NCBI RefSeq assembly: GCF_009914755.1
Contig: NC_060948.1
Origin: the human T2T-CHM13v2.0 reference genome, Homo sapiens
DNA length: 64,000 nucleotides
Direction: 5' to 3' (one strand)
Below are positions 1 through 28,737 of the stretch, piece after piece. Both the position numbers and the translations under genes were made by a program. Below the pieces are notes generated by a model that saw only the letters and a program-made list of their open reading frames with translations, had not been told where the DNA came from and did no database searches. The stretch's first letter is position 1, and each line of letters opens with the position of its first letter.

Positions 1-300
<300 letters not shown>

Positions 301-419
301 AGATATATGATCAACACAATGTAAATTAGACAATTTATAGTCACACAGCATCCTCCGCGACCTCACCCACAGTGGGAGAGAAAAATTAAAAAAAAAAAAA
401 AACAGTTTTAGGATGATCC

Positions 420-720
420 CCATGAAATTGTCAAAACCAGCCGCCTTCTAAATATCTGACTGTGGCTGTCAGAAAACAGACTTCAGAGAAGAATACAAAT
501 CATTGTATCCAGCCATAATAATGGAGTTCAAAGCTGAGAGGCTATGAAAAATTCATCGTGTGTCTACTTGAAACGAGGGATGTAAATTATGCCACTTTGT
601 CTATATTTGTACAATATGTTCTCGTTGGCAAATACGGGATCTGATCATTGTTTCGTTAAATACCTGACAATTCTGTAACAGTTGCAAAGACGGGTGCTTA
701 AATCAGCGTTTCCCACTCTA
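420..720. promoter_or_regulatory. Unique non-repeat island, candidate conserved enhancer
   Basis: Non-repetitive sequence between Alus with TGTCA/TGACA, ATAATAATG and TAAATTAT motifs; conservation not testable here. Confidence 0.3.
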
Positions 721-798
721 GGACGGCAAGAAAACAAAAATAAAGAAATAAAACAGGGTCAGAAAGAATGAGAGCCGGGGGAACCTTTATCTAAATCA

Positions 799-1697
<899 letters not shown>

Positions 1698-1854
1698 ACG
1701 TAATTGCTCCAAATTCTTAAGTCACATGAACACCAGATGCAAGTACTCATACCTCAGACAAGGCAAGAAATTATTATTTTTCCTGCTGACTAAGAAATTC
1801 TCATAGCAAAGTATCCCTTGAGTAATATAGCCTGGTTATTCCAGTTTGCATATG

Positions 1855-2159
1855 TTTTGTTTTTTTGAGACGGTGTCTCACTCTGTCACCCAGGCTGGAG
1901 TGCCGTGGCTTGATCTCGGCTTGCTGCAAGCTCCGCCTCGTAAATATGATTCTCCTGCTTCAGCCTCCTGAGTAGCTGGCATTTTAGGCGCCCGCCACCA
2001 CACCCGGCTAATTTTTGTATTTTTTGTTTGTTTGTTTTTAATACAGACCAGGTTTTACCATGCTGGCCACGTTGGTCTCGAACTCCTGACCTCAAGTAAT
2101 CTGCCTGCTTCGGCCTCCCAAAGTGCTGGGATTACAGGTGTGAGCCACCGTGCCCAGCC
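1855..2159 (-). mobile_element. Alu with 15-bp TSD
   Basis: ttccagtttgcatat at 1839-1853 and 2160-2174. Confidence 0.95.
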
Positions 2160-2327
2160 TTCCAGTTTGCATATCTTGCTGATAGGTTTAATTAGCTGAA
2201 TGAGCCCAATTTGATAATGCAGCTGGGCAATATTGCTTTCCTGCTGCAGAGAGGGTCATAGATGAAATGACATCTATCCTCGGTATCCAAGGCAGCTGGA
2301 TACGTTCTGGTTTGGAATTTTGACTGA

Positions 2328-3537
<1,210 letters not shown>

Positions 3538-3539
3538 TA

Positions 3540-4272
<733 letters not shown>

Positions 4273-4313
4273 TCATGGGCATCGCCTTATTTTCCATTGT
4301 TACTGCTTATTGA

Positions 4314-5355
<1,042 letters not shown>

Positions 5356-5380
5356 GCTGAGAACAAATTTTTGCATTTTT

Positions 5381-8345
<2,965 letters not shown>

Positions 8346-8389
8346 GCTCTGTTTTTCTAGGAAAATTTGGAGATGAAAAAAATATGTTC

Positions 8390-9040
<651 letters not shown>

Positions 9041-9137
9041 TTTAAAAAGTTTACATAGTGCAAAGAAAAAAAGCATAATTATTTTCATAGTCATTAACTA
9101 GAGAATAAGACAGAGACTAATAGAGACACAAAAGTCA

Positions 9138-9521
<384 letters not shown>

Positions 9522-9759
9522 CTACCATGAACAATATCAGGGGTTGGGGTGAGGGTGGGGGAGGATTATTTTATAATAACACAATATCCGGCTCTGAATT
9601 CAACAGTCAATTAAAAACATATTACGTAATTTCCCTTCTATCAGGATCTGCAGACTACGCTTTCACTTCTTTCTTGTCGGCTAGTCCTTCCAAAGGTAGG
9701 ATATTTCTCTCTTACAAACCATGCCCTGTGCTTCGGGGACCCGTAAAATATGTCTTTAA

Positions 9760-10097
<338 letters not shown>

Positions 10098-10399
10098 AAA
10101 AAAATCACCCGAACTCTTTTTAACGTTTGGAAAGAAGTCCCTGGTTGTGTTCCATCTGTTGGAGGCACCATGATGGAATGGGAACCATCTGTGCTAAATG
10201 CACCCGTCTTCATCTTTCACAACAAATCCGTCTGGCCTCTTGCTGTGCTCGTGAGCTCTCTGCAGAGAAAGCTTGTTCATCCCGGCTCTTTTCTACTCAG
10301 CTCACATTCAGGATCCTGCAGACCTGGGATAATCTCTTCTGGAGGAGGGTCTTTTCCAAATCTTTGATCTCCCTGTTTTATTTATCTGTCCTGATCCAA

Positions 10400-10900
10400 C
10401 ACGTGGGGCCCCCCATTCGTGCATGAGCCTGGGGACTGCTTTCCCGAGAGGCCTCCACCGCCGAGTCTGAAGCGGTCGTCTAATCCTCAGGCAAAAGAAC
10501 TTCCCGCTTTTATAAGCAGGAAAAACTGCACCCCGGGTTCTAATACCGCGATCTGTGTCTTTTCCGAGGCTGACTTGGTGAGGATATTACTCAGCCTAAT
10601 AACCATGTCAATATTAGGTCAATAATATCCCGCACCTGTGATAACTTCGGCCTGCCAGGCAGAAATTTGCCGTGGTGATCAAAAGACATTCTCCCAAGGC
10701 AAACATTGGAAATTAATGTTTTAAAAACCGGTTCTGATGCCAGAAGGAAAGGCTGTTTTAGAAAGACAACCAGCGTTCTAGGGGGGAAAGATGGTCCCCG
10801 GTGAAATGCACGGATTACCCACGACAAATACGGAATTGGATGTTGCCAGTAAATGAAGAGAGCTGTTTGGAAAAGGCTGGTGAAGAGGAAGGTTTTCTGT
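10400..10900. promoter_or_regulatory. Unique CpG-retaining island, candidate enhancer
   Basis: CCTAATAACCATGTCAATATTAGGTCAATAAT, TGATAA, GATCAAAAG and AATTAATG motifs in non-repeat DNA. Confidence 0.35.
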
Positions 10901-10930
10901 ACAAAGAGAAGCGACTCACACGTTTAAGAG

Positions 10931-11730
10931 TTTATGCAGCCAAAAAACACATGAAAAAATGCTCATCTTCACGGGCCATCAAAGAAATGCAAATCAAAAT
11001 CACAATGAGACACCATCTCACACCAGTTAGAATGGCGATCATTAAAAAGTCAGGAAACAACAGGTGCTAGAGAGGATGTGGAGAAATAGGAACACTTTTA
11101 CAGTGTTGGTGGGACTGTAAACTAGTTCAACCATTGTGGAAGTCAGTGTGGCGATTCCTCAGGGATCTAGAACTAGAAATACCATTTGACCCAGCCATCC
11201 CATTACTGGGTATATACCAAAATGACTATAAATCATGCTGCTATAAACACACATGCGCACGTATGTTTATTGTGGCACTATTCACAATAGCAAAGACTTG
11301 GAACCAACCCAAATGTCCAACAATGATAGACTGGATTGAGAAAATGTGGCACACATATACCGTGGAATACTATGCAGCCATAAAAAATGATGAGTTCATG
11401 TCCTTTGTAGGGACATGGATGAAACTGGAAACCATCATTCTCAGCAAACTATTACAAGGAGAAAAAACCAAATAATGCATGTTCTCACTCATAGGTGGGA
11501 GTTGAACAATGAGAACACATGGACACAGGAAGGGGAACATCACACACCGGGGACTGTTGTGGGGTGGGGGGAGGGGGGAGGGAGAGCATTAGGAGATATA
11601 CCTAATGTTAAATGACGAGTTCATGGGTGCAGCAAACCAGCATGGCACATGTATACATATGTAACAAGCCTGCATGTTGTGCACATGTACCCTGAAACTT
11701 AAAGTATAATAATAATAAAATTAAAAAAAA
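10931..11730 (+). mobile_element. 5'-truncated L1PA (L1PA3-5-like): ORF2 C-terminal remnant plus 3'UTR
   Basis: ORF 11134-11475 (WRFLRDLELEIPFDPAIPLLGIY...) is the L1 ORF2 C-terminus; G-rich 3'UTR and poly-A follow; TSD aagagttt at 10926 and 11730. Confidence 0.95.
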
Positions 11731-11782
11731 AGAGTTTGCAAGGGTGAAAGTTGAAGGGTGTAGAGAAAAACAAAGATTGGGA

Positions 11783-11832
11783 AGCTGTGTGTCCTGGAGA
11801 CGTGCTGTGTGTCCTGGAGACGTGCTGTGTGT
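11783..11832. repeat. 20-bp tandem repeat, ~2.5 copies
   Basis: gctgtgtgtcctggagacgt repeated. Confidence 0.9.
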
Positions 11833-11958
11833 GCCAGGCTTGGCTGATTTCTTTGAATTAGGTGGAATTCCTCTCTTTTCTTGCCAAACATCTGCTAAAG
11901 GATCTTCTCTCTGTATCATGTTTGCTGTCATGCAGCTGTATAGAAAATGCATTTCGCA

Positions 11959-12745
<787 letters not shown>

Positions 12746-12924
12746 ACACACACAAAAAATCCCCCTTTTCAACTTTTTTCCTTTGTACTTCACTACTGAA
12801 TTCTAAAATGGGAACTGGTTTCGTGGTTTCCTTCCTGTGGTGAAAGGCATACAGAAAAAGAAGTCACCGTTTCAGACAACTCCGGCTCAGGAACAAAGAT
12901 GTTTTATGTGTGTTTTAAAAAACT

Positions 12925-13735
<811 letters not shown>

Positions 13736-13758
13736 ACATCTTGTGGCTTGTGTCATAG

Positions 13759-14730
<972 letters not shown>

Positions 14731-15199
14731 TCCTAAATTTGCTTTTTACAGGGGATGCCTTTGCAAAGGTAGCCTGAAGCTACATCAGGGCTCTTGTACA
14801 TGAGCTGGTCACATGAGAGTCTGCCTAAAAGTAGAAGAAGGAAAAAAAAAATCGCAGTCCTCCAAAGGCTATGATAACCAAGGGAAGTCATCCCAAGACG
14901 TGTGAGTGGCTGGATTCTCTATATCCATCCAGGAGAGAGGATTGGGGGTCACTGGGAGCAAGGTTTATCGTGAGACAACTTGAGATGTCTTCCTGCGGGC
15001 ACGAAAAGGACCAAAACACTCTGCAATAGGATTGCTTGGGGCAGAAAGGTCTTCAGCTGACCACATGCTTTCTGAGCACCTGGCTTTACGCAGAACCCTG
15101 TCCGGGAAATGCTGGGTGAAGAGAACACGCTGTCCAGTGGGCTTGGGAGGGCCTCATCTTGTGCCGGCTTCAGCCAATTGGAAAAAAATAAAAGATGAG

Positions 15200-15400
15200 C
15201 CGATTATGTAAGGCCTGACATGGTACTGAGGGCTCTCTGAGCATAAATTAACTTCCCCACACAGCCCGCCTGTGAGGTAGGTAGGAAGGTGGGCGGTAAA
15301 CGTGTGTGCCAATTTTCATCTGGACCTCAGAGACCCATGGTAGTTCAGCAAAGGCCACACAGTGAGCTGGGTGGAGGGAACGTAGAAACTCTCAGGCATC
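15200..15400. mobile_element. Degenerate MIR-like fragment
   Basis: ctgtgaggtagg...ctcagagac...aaggccacacagtgag resembles the MIR core. Confidence 0.4.
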
Positions 15401-15479
15401 CGCCAGGCCCCGTCCCATACTTTGGCAGGGAGGTTTTTATTAAAATGATTAAGGACCGAGGTGGTGATCCCGGGAAAAG

Positions 15480-15990
15480 TTGTTGAAAAATGAAAGTTTG
15501 GGCCTCTGAGTTAATGGTTTAATTATGCGTCTCAGGATTTGCAAAGAGCACAGTCATCTTATGTGTGGGGCGGATTCTGACTTCCCGTCCAGCCTTTCAT
15601 TTCTAGAGACAATCGGCCAATTTATACTTAGGGGAAAATGAAGGACGAGCTGAAAGAATGGCAGAAAGTCCATCTTCCAAGCTCTTCCTGGAAATACAGA
15701 AAAGAAAGGAGCGTCCTCAAAAAACACCAGCCCACACGTTGACGTCGGCACCTCCTGCAAGATGAGCCGGGCACATTTATTAAGCAGCCGTTTGGCTGGA
15801 AAAAATGGCCAATGCAACTGGGTCTGAATTTCTCTCCTGGGTGTCCAAGGATCAAGGCAGGTAATGAGGTTGGCAGAATTATGAATCGCAATCAAATTTT
15901 TTCTATGACCTGATAGAAACGCCAACTCACTGTATGAGTCTGTTGTCAAAGTCTAACTTCCAAAACGCAAAGCACGCTCCCGATCATAAA
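15480..15990. promoter_or_regulatory. Unique island, candidate conserved enhancer
   Basis: GTTAATGGTTTAATTATG, CCAATTTATAC, CATTTATTAAG, GGTAATGAG, AATTATGAAT and TGTCAAAG homeodomain-type motifs. Confidence 0.4.
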
Positions 15991-16568
15991 CGCAGAGATG
16001 GCAGTATTGAAGAATTGTCCCCCCAGCTCCAGCCCCGGATTTCTCTAGAGGGGCTAATGGAGGCCACGACATTTGTGGCATAAAAAGGTTTGCGATGAAC
16101 AGTCTTGCCTGGGGTGCAGGAAGGTGAGGAGCTGTGTGTGGCTTTTGCGTTTTCCTTCACGATGGAATGCGAGTCTTTGACGCCGGCTAGATCCACGTTT
16201 TATGAGGCGGAATTTTTAATATTGAAAGTCAGAAAGGGCTAGATGGTCTTTGGAGTCCCAGTGGGTGAAGTCGAAGTAAAGGAATGTGGTCATTAAAAAA
16301 AAAAAAAAAACAAACTTGATTTTTCTTACCCAGAGGTTGGTACACGGTGAGTCTAATTTTCTCAAAGGAAATCTGAAATCAGACCAATTTGGAGTGTCGT
16401 TAGCTGGGATCTACCTCCAATGGGCCCACATCACCAACCCTCATGTCGGGCACCGAATTTCCGTCACTATTCTGCAGGATGAGCTCTCGCCAGGAATACC
16501 TCCACCAACCCAATGTCTGACTCAAAACTTTGCAAACTAGGAAAGACCCAAAGAAATTATGAAATCAG

Positions 16569-17922
<1,354 letters not shown>

Positions 17923-18966
17923 ATCAGAGACTCCCTGGCAGATCTCAGGGTATGACTCCCCCAGGGTCGCCATAGCTGACTGCATTAGCACGGCCCTGTG
18001 ATCACCGGATGAATGGTCTTGGTGGGACAGGTGGCTGCCGTGATCAAACGGCGTGTCCGCCGGTGCTGACAGGTGAGGTGCGGAGTTGCCCACATGGCCC
18101 GCCTGGGCCTGGTCCACCAGCAGCAGGGAAGGAGGAGCAGAGCCCAGCTCGGTGCATTTGGAGGCGGTTACCAGGGAAACCAGAGGACAAGCTCAGACGC
18201 TTGGGGACGGCCTCTCCACCCAGGCACGTGGAGCTTCATATTAATCGGCAGCCGGGCACGGGCTGGCAGCCCCTTACCCAGACAGATACACACAGAAGTG
18301 GAGCTCCCAGTGATGGCTCGTCACGGCTGATATCTGCCCCAGTGGTCATGTTGAACCGGGACGTCATCTCTGTAGGAAAAGGGGGACGGATGTCTGTCTG
18401 GACACGGTCCAAGGTACATCGCTGTCTGATCTTTCCGAAAAGTCAGCGTTCGTGGCTTGAGCTGGACGCTTTGAAAGGCGAGGGCGTCGGAAGCTTCATC
18501 TCAGGGAGCTGTCATGTGGTATTAGCTTGTAGCACCACCAACCTGCCCTGCCCAGACTGACTTCTCCAGGGCGGGTTTTCCAGGAGGAAGCGCAGGGTGA
18601 CTCTGTTTCCCCAGCGGCTTCCAAGCACTCCTGGGGACCTCTGTTTGTGAGAAGGACAACATCTGTGTCTGTCTGATGGGCTTGGTGGGATACTCTGATG
18701 CATGCACCTGCCGCCGGAGCTCTCTCTGCAAACGTTCTGTGCTGACTTAGGGGAGGCAAAGACACAGAGTTGGAGATCAAGGCTGGTTTGTTCTTCAGCC
18801 TTTTGACTCTTCATCTGCGGCATCATTGCATCTGTTTGAATATTTTTCAAAAAGTTTATCGAAAACACAGCTGCACTCCGACGAAGATCCCCACACTATT
18901 CACAATGGGAAACATATATAATCGACCGACGTGTGTTTCATTTGCTTTTCCCTGATGATTATTGAT

Positions 18967-19507
18967 TGTCTTAGTCCGTTTTCATGCTGCTAATAAAGAT
19001 ACAACCGAGGCTGGGGACGGTGGCTCACGCCTGTCGTCCCAGCACTTTAGGAGGCTGAGGTGGGTGGATCACCTGAGGTCAGGAGTTTGAGACCATCCTG
19101 GCCAACATGGTGAAACTGTCTCTACTAAAAATACAAAAATTAGCTGAGCGTAGTAGCAGACGCCTGTAATCCCAGCACTTTGGGAGGCCGAGGCACGCAG
19201 ATCACCTGAGGTCAGGAGTTTGAGACCAGCCTGGCCAACATGGTAAAACCCGTCTCTACTGAAAATATAAAACTTAGCCGGGCTTGGTGGTGCGGGCCTG
19301 TAATCCCAGCTACTCAGGAGGCTGAGGCAGGAGAATCGCTTGAACCCGGGAGGCGGAGCTTGCGGTGAGCCAAGATCACGACACTGCACTCCAGCCTGGG
19401 CGACTGAGCGAGACTCCATCTCAAAAATAAAAGAAAAAAAGAGACATACCCAAGAGTGGGTAATTTATAAAAAAGAAAGAAAAAGAGGTTGAATGGACTC
19501 ACGGTTC
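18967..19507 (-). mobile_element. THE1 LTR fragment split by a sense compound Alu (19009-19440)
   Basis: tgtcttagtccgttttcatgctgctaataaaga...agacatacccaagagtgggtaatttata...ggactcacggttc matches the THE1 terminus. Confidence 0.8.
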
Positions 19508-19548
19508 CTTCCCAAAAGCTCACTGTACAAACACAAAGTGGGGAATAG

Positions 19549-20433
<885 letters not shown>

Positions 20434-20439
20434 AAATGT

Positions 20440-21120
<681 letters not shown>

Positions 21121-21379
21121 TTCTTTTCCTTCTTAATGGGCATGTAAAATTGTTCTGCAACACTCCTGGCTCTTCTGTGGAAGTGTGATGTCCACGAGAA
21201 GGAATTTAGGGAGAGCAAGCTTGCTTCTGCAGTCCCCGGGAAAGGCAGGTCTGCATGGCTAGCGGGGTCAAGCTCTCGTAGGAAGGAAAGAATGCTCCAA
21301 GACATGCTCTGAACCCAGGAAGAACGCAAGCTTCGGCTCCGAAGCGTTCCGAGGAGGCCAAGCTGCCTCTAATCACCCC

Positions 21380-21650
21380 GAATTATCCGTAAGGGGAGGC
21401 GTCGGGGAGCTGGTAATCCGTGGGGATGGAAGCTAATTACTTAATCACTCGCATTTGTAAATCACATTATTGGAAAAGAAATTACTCTGGTGATCGAATT
21501 ACAGATATTTATCTGCTAATAGCCCTGATTAACTGGCGATGTTAATCTGTCATTTTGAAAGCTAATATTAACAGCATCAATCTCGCCGAGAAAATAAACA
21601 GTTTACGGGAAATAAAACCGGGTGTAATGGAAAGCACCGTGTGTCGGAGT
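21380..21650. promoter_or_regulatory. Strongest candidate conserved non-coding element (homeodomain-site cluster)
   Basis: Dense TAAT/ATTA motifs: GCTAATTACTTAATCAC, CACATTATTGG, GAATTAC, CTGATTAAC, GTTAATCTGTCA, GCTAATATTAAC. Confidence 0.5.
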
Positions 21651-22349
21651 CCCCACATCTAGAGTGTGCTGCTGAGTGCAGTGGCCAAGGTCCCCGTTAG
21701 CCCTTTATGGAAAATACCCTCTGGCTGGGAACGGTTCGGACGAGGCTGACTCTAACGGGCTCAGAGAAGCTGAGGAGAAACACCTGGGGAAAATGCATTT
21801 TGAGAAAAATCCCAAAGGTTCTAGACACGGGTCCCCCAGGGAACGCCCTGCACGTGTATTTATGCAGAGTTCACTCTCGATAAAAAGGATCCCCTGGAAT
21901 TCCAAGCAAGGAAGGATTGAGCTATCCAGCAGACACCCGGTGGGTGCATTTTACGTCCCCTTTAGCCAAATCGATGATCTCAGAGTGAGACTCAGAGTGA
22001 GACTCCGGCTCAAAGAAAAAAAAAAAAAAATTACCAAATAGTGTCAAAACCATAGCTATGTCTTTTCTCAGACAACAATTTGATAATGCTTCTTTTTGGA
22101 AAATTAGCAAGATTTGAGGATGGGGTTTGGATTTGCTCAAGAACAGTATGATGGCAGGATCTGGACCTTTAGCAAAACCCCCCTCTACTAAAAATTATAA
22201 AAATTAGCCAGGCGTGGTGGTGGGTGCCTGTAATTCCAGCTACTAGGGAGGCTGAGGCAGGAGAATCGCTTGAATGAGAGTCGATTGGCTGTAAATGTAA
22301 AGGAATCTGCCACAATCTGAAAGCCGTGGGCTGAACGGTGTCTCTCCTG

Positions 22350-23672
<1,323 letters not shown>

Positions 23673-23813
23673 CACCAGCCCATCTTAAACTGTGTCCTTT
23701 GTCAGCCCTGGCTGGCCCGGGGTCGTGTTTGGAGAGGTCCCTGGCAAAGGCCATCGTTGCCATGACCTCCCCTACCCTCACTCCCACACCTGAGAGAGGA
23801 ATGAATGGATAAC

Positions 23814-23977
23814 GTCACCTTGTGCACAGAGCACCTGGCATTATCTGTTGGGGAGAAGAGACGTTGCTTCCTTCCTTCCTCTTTAATTTTTTAATTTTTT
23901 TAATGTCACCCTGTGCACAGAGCACCCAGTATTATCTGTTGGGGAGAAGAGACGTTGCTTCCTTCTTCCTCTTTTAA
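23814..23977. repeat. 91-bp tandem duplication of unique sequence
   Basis: gtcacc(t/c)tgtgcacagagcacc...ttatctgttggggagaagagacgttgcttccttc at 23814 and 23905. Confidence 0.9.
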
Positions 23978-24084
23978 AATTAAAGATACTGGCAGGGCAT
24001 GAGGACGGAGTGAAGTCTATCTGAGTTAGCTTTACAAAAATGTGCGTCTTCCAAAAATCTGTTCATCCTTCTCACAGCCTCTTT

Positions 24085-24617
<533 letters not shown>

Positions 24618-24993
24618 TTAAAAACAATGCAGCACCATAGGACGCCTGCCAATGAGAGAGAAATAGATAATCAGGCATGCTGGATGGAAAACACATTAAA
24701 ACAGTGAGTCACATTCTCTCTCAGTCATGCAGCTATGACCAGGTGTTCTGGATTGAATCGTGTCCCATATCCGTGGGTATAACCTTATTTGGAAATAGGG
24801 TCTTCAGAGGTATAATCAAGTAAAGACGAATTCATGAGCATGAACCCCCATGCAATAGCTCTGGGCTTCTTATGAAAAGAACTCATGGCTAGGATTTGGG
24901 GGCTCCTGAGGCTCTAGATGTAAAAGCATCAGCACTTGAAACTTTCAATCTTACAATGTAACGGCCCCTTTCCTTGCAGTAATGAGTAGAACA

Positions 24994-25397
24994 GTGTCAT
25001 TATCTGTTTGGGCTGCTGTAAAAAACAACAAAGACTGGGTAATTTTAAAAGAACAAAAATGTATTTCTTACAGTTCTGGGGGCCGGGAAGTCCAAGAGCC
25101 AAGCAGCCAAGCATCAATTGATTCTGTTGTCCGGTGAGGGCTGCTGTCTGCTTCCAAGATGAAAACTTGTCACTGTTTCTCCTGCAGGAGAGGAATGCTA
25201 TGTCCTCGCATAGCAGAAGGCAGACGAGCAAGAGAAAGCTAAATGCTGTATGAAGCCCCTTTATAAGGCCTTAATCCCCCCTATGAGGGAGGAGCCATGA
25301 TGGTCTAATCACCTCTTTAAGGCCTCCCGATACCATCACATTGGCCATCAAATTTCAACACTTGCATTCTGGAGGAAATGCATTCATACCATATCAG
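24994..25397 (-). mobile_element. MST/MLT1A-type MaLR LTR
   Basis: tttgggctgctgtaa...agactgggtaatt...cttacagttctggggg...taatcacctc...accatcacattggccatcaaatttcaaca. Confidence 0.7.
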
Positions 25398-25452
25398 ACA
25401 GAAATTATATGGCCAGCTCTATGGTTCCTCTCCTTACACTAACCATTATTCA

Positions 25453-25780
<328 letters not shown>

Positions 25781-26049
25781 ATGGTTACCTTATATAGGAG
25801 ATAGACAGTGGAAGGCATTCCAGAGAAGGCAAGCAGTGAGTAGATGTTTCAGGACCATTCTCAGCCCTGAGACAGGAGGCCCATGAAGTAGTGACTAATG
25901 TCCACTCTGAAATGCATTGTGAAGAAGAGACAAAGAAGCTGAGAGCTGCTGTGCTGTCCTTGTGGGCCTGAGCTGTAGTTTTGTCTTTCTTTCAACAGCA
26001 ACAGGGAAGGTGTTGCATGGTCTTCAGCAGCTAGGCAATGTTAGCAGGA

Positions 26050-26722
26050 GCACCTCCCACTTTCAAGTAGGCCTTCACCTCCAAATGGCCTCCACCTCCA
26101 AGTTAGTCTCCAACTTCTAAATTGGCTTCCACCTCCAAGTTAGCCTCCAGTTTCCCAGTTGGACTCTACCTCCTAGTTGGCCTCCACATCCAACTTGGAC
26201 TCCAGCTTCCAAACTGGCCTCCACCTCCAAGTTAGCTTCCAACCTCCAAATTGACCTCACCTCCAAGTTAGCCTCCACCTTCAAGTTAGCCTCCAATCTC
26301 CCAACTGGACTCTACCTCCTAGTTGGCCTCCAAACCACATGTTGGCCTCCACTTCCAACCTGGACTCCACACTCCAAACGGGCCTCCACCTCCAAGTTAG
26401 CCTCAACCTCCAAATTGGTCTCCGCCTCCAAGTTAGCCTCCACCTGCAAGTTAGCTAATTTACCAGCTGGGAGATTATCAATCTGCTTATTATATCAATC
26501 TGCTTATTATATCTTATTATGCCTCCAAGTTGGCCTCCACCATCAAGTTGACCTTCACTTCCACATTGGCCTCCACTGCCAAGTTGAGTGGCCTCCACCT
26601 CCAAGCTGGCCTCTACCTCCAAGCTGGCTCTAACCTCGAAGTTGGCCTTCACCTCCAAGATGACCTCCAACCAACCAAATTGACCTCCAACCTCCAAGTT
26701 GACCTCCACCTTCAAGTTGGTC
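26050..26722. repeat. Degenerate ~18-bp minisatellite (GGCCTCCACCTCCAAGTT)
   Basis: Many imperfect copies, with a unique interruption at ~26455-26520. Confidence 0.85.
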
Positions 26723-27939
26723 TGAACATGGTTTGGAGAATATATCAATGGATGTATATGAAAGCAGAGTGACCAGTGGAGAAGTTGGTGTGGCCACTTG
26801 GACATGATTGATGGACAGGGCTCCAACGGTTCATCAACCCAAGGCTCCTTTCTTTAAAAGCCACACTGACTCAACAGACCAGAGACCACATCTAAAGTCT
26901 ACAGAAGAGCTGATAGCAGGCTCTGTCTGAGATAAGCCACTGTCGATTTCTCCCCATGTCCACCCAGTTCTGATCATGGTGCCTGCGTAAAGGTAGCCTG
27001 CCCTGTGTTTGTCTATTGTCTGAACAATTTCCAAATCACTGCCTCATCTGTAGCTCATTCTCCAAGGTCACTAACCTGTGTCCTGCCTGTCTACAAGGAA
27101 GGAGTGAGATTTCTCCTTTGGTCCTTGCTCCGTCCTCAAAGCTTGAGCACCTCGTCATACGCATTTTCCCTTTGATGGCCTTTTTGTTTCTTGCACTTCA
27201 AATCTGGTGGCCCAGGAAGTGTGGGCTTTGTCCTAGGCACCGATTGTCACATGTTTTCTCCACACTCAGTATGGGCTTTTTGTACAATTAGCCAGTTTTC
27301 TCTGATTCCCTCATACTTTGCACCTTGGAAAAACTGTATGAACACAGTCTTATCTGTTCCCAATCTTATCCGTTCTTTGATTCCCTCAAGCTCCTGCATC
27401 GCTACCTATCTGGCCTGCGGATTTAGCTCCTTGCCTGATTGCTTTGTGTTATTTTTCTTACAGTTGCCTTTTCCATCTGCCCCAAAGACTCATCTCATGA
27501 AAGCAAGATGATGAAGAGGGAGACGGATTAGGGCAGAGGCCGGGCAGGGAGGCGGGAGATGTGGGCTTGTTCTAAACAAGGTGTGAGATCTGCTGTAGAA
27601 GCCAACTTACCAAGGGGTTTAGGCAACACAGCCAAGCCAGCCAAGATCTCCGGGGCTGTCCTGGGAGCACGCCCAAGCCCGAGGTTGGACTTGGGAGGTC
27701 TAGAGAGGAACACCACAGGCTCATGTTTCACTGGCCTGTTGGGACCACGGCTAATTCCACAGCCTCTTGGCTCCTTGGGAGGATATCACACCTCTCCTGG
27801 AACCCGAACCCTTGCGGCCCTCCCGTGATCCAGCGCCACCTCCCTAAGAACCTTTATAAGAAGAAGACATGAGGATCTTTGATCAGCTTCCTTCTTTTGC
27901 AGCTGAAAATATATTGAATGTCAGTAAAAGGTCTCATCT

Positions 27940-28696
27940 ATTTTTATATATCTATCTCTGTCTATGTGTCTAGCTATCATCTATCTATCTATCTATGTGT
28001 CACTCTATGTACTTATCTATCTGCTTGTCTGTCTATCCATGTATCTATCTATCTATATGTGTATCTATCTATCTATCTATCATATATCTATGTGTCCATT
28101 TATCTGTGTATCTACCTATCTGTCTATCTATGTGTCTATCTATCTGTGTATCTATCTATATATCTATCTATCATCTATCTATCTATCTATTGGTCTATCT
28201 ATGTGTCAATCTATGTATCTATCTATCTATTGGTCTATCTATCTATCTATCCTTCTATCTATCCATCCATCTATCCATATCCATCCATCTATCATATCAA
28301 TTGATCTATCATCTATCCTATTATGTATCAATCTATCCTCCATCTATCTGTCCATCTCTGTGCATCTATCCTATCGACTTATCAGTCTATCCTTCTATTT
28401 ATCTATCTTTCTATGTATCTCCATTCATCTATCCAATTGATCTATCAATGTATTCTTCTATCTATACATCTATCTACCTACCTGCCTGCCTATCTATTTT
28501 ATCTAATCTATCTATCCGTCTATCTACCCATCTATTATCTTTATCTATCTCTATCATCCATCTTTCTATCTCTTTATCTAGCTCTCTATCGATCTCTTTA
28601 TCTATCTCTTTCTCTATATCTATCTATCCATTCTTCTGTCAGTTTGTCTGTCTGTCCCTCTGTCTATCCATCTATCTATCTATCTATCTCTATCTG

Positions 28697-28737
<41 letters not shown>

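Noticed and set aside
11134-11475. ORF with real protein similarity (L1 ORF2 C-terminus)
   Set aside because: Remnant of an ~800-bp 5'-truncated L1PA, not a host gene
18009-18560. 183-aa ORF in unique GC-rich DNA
   Set aside because: No recognisable domain or splice structure; this length can arise by chance in GC-rich sequence
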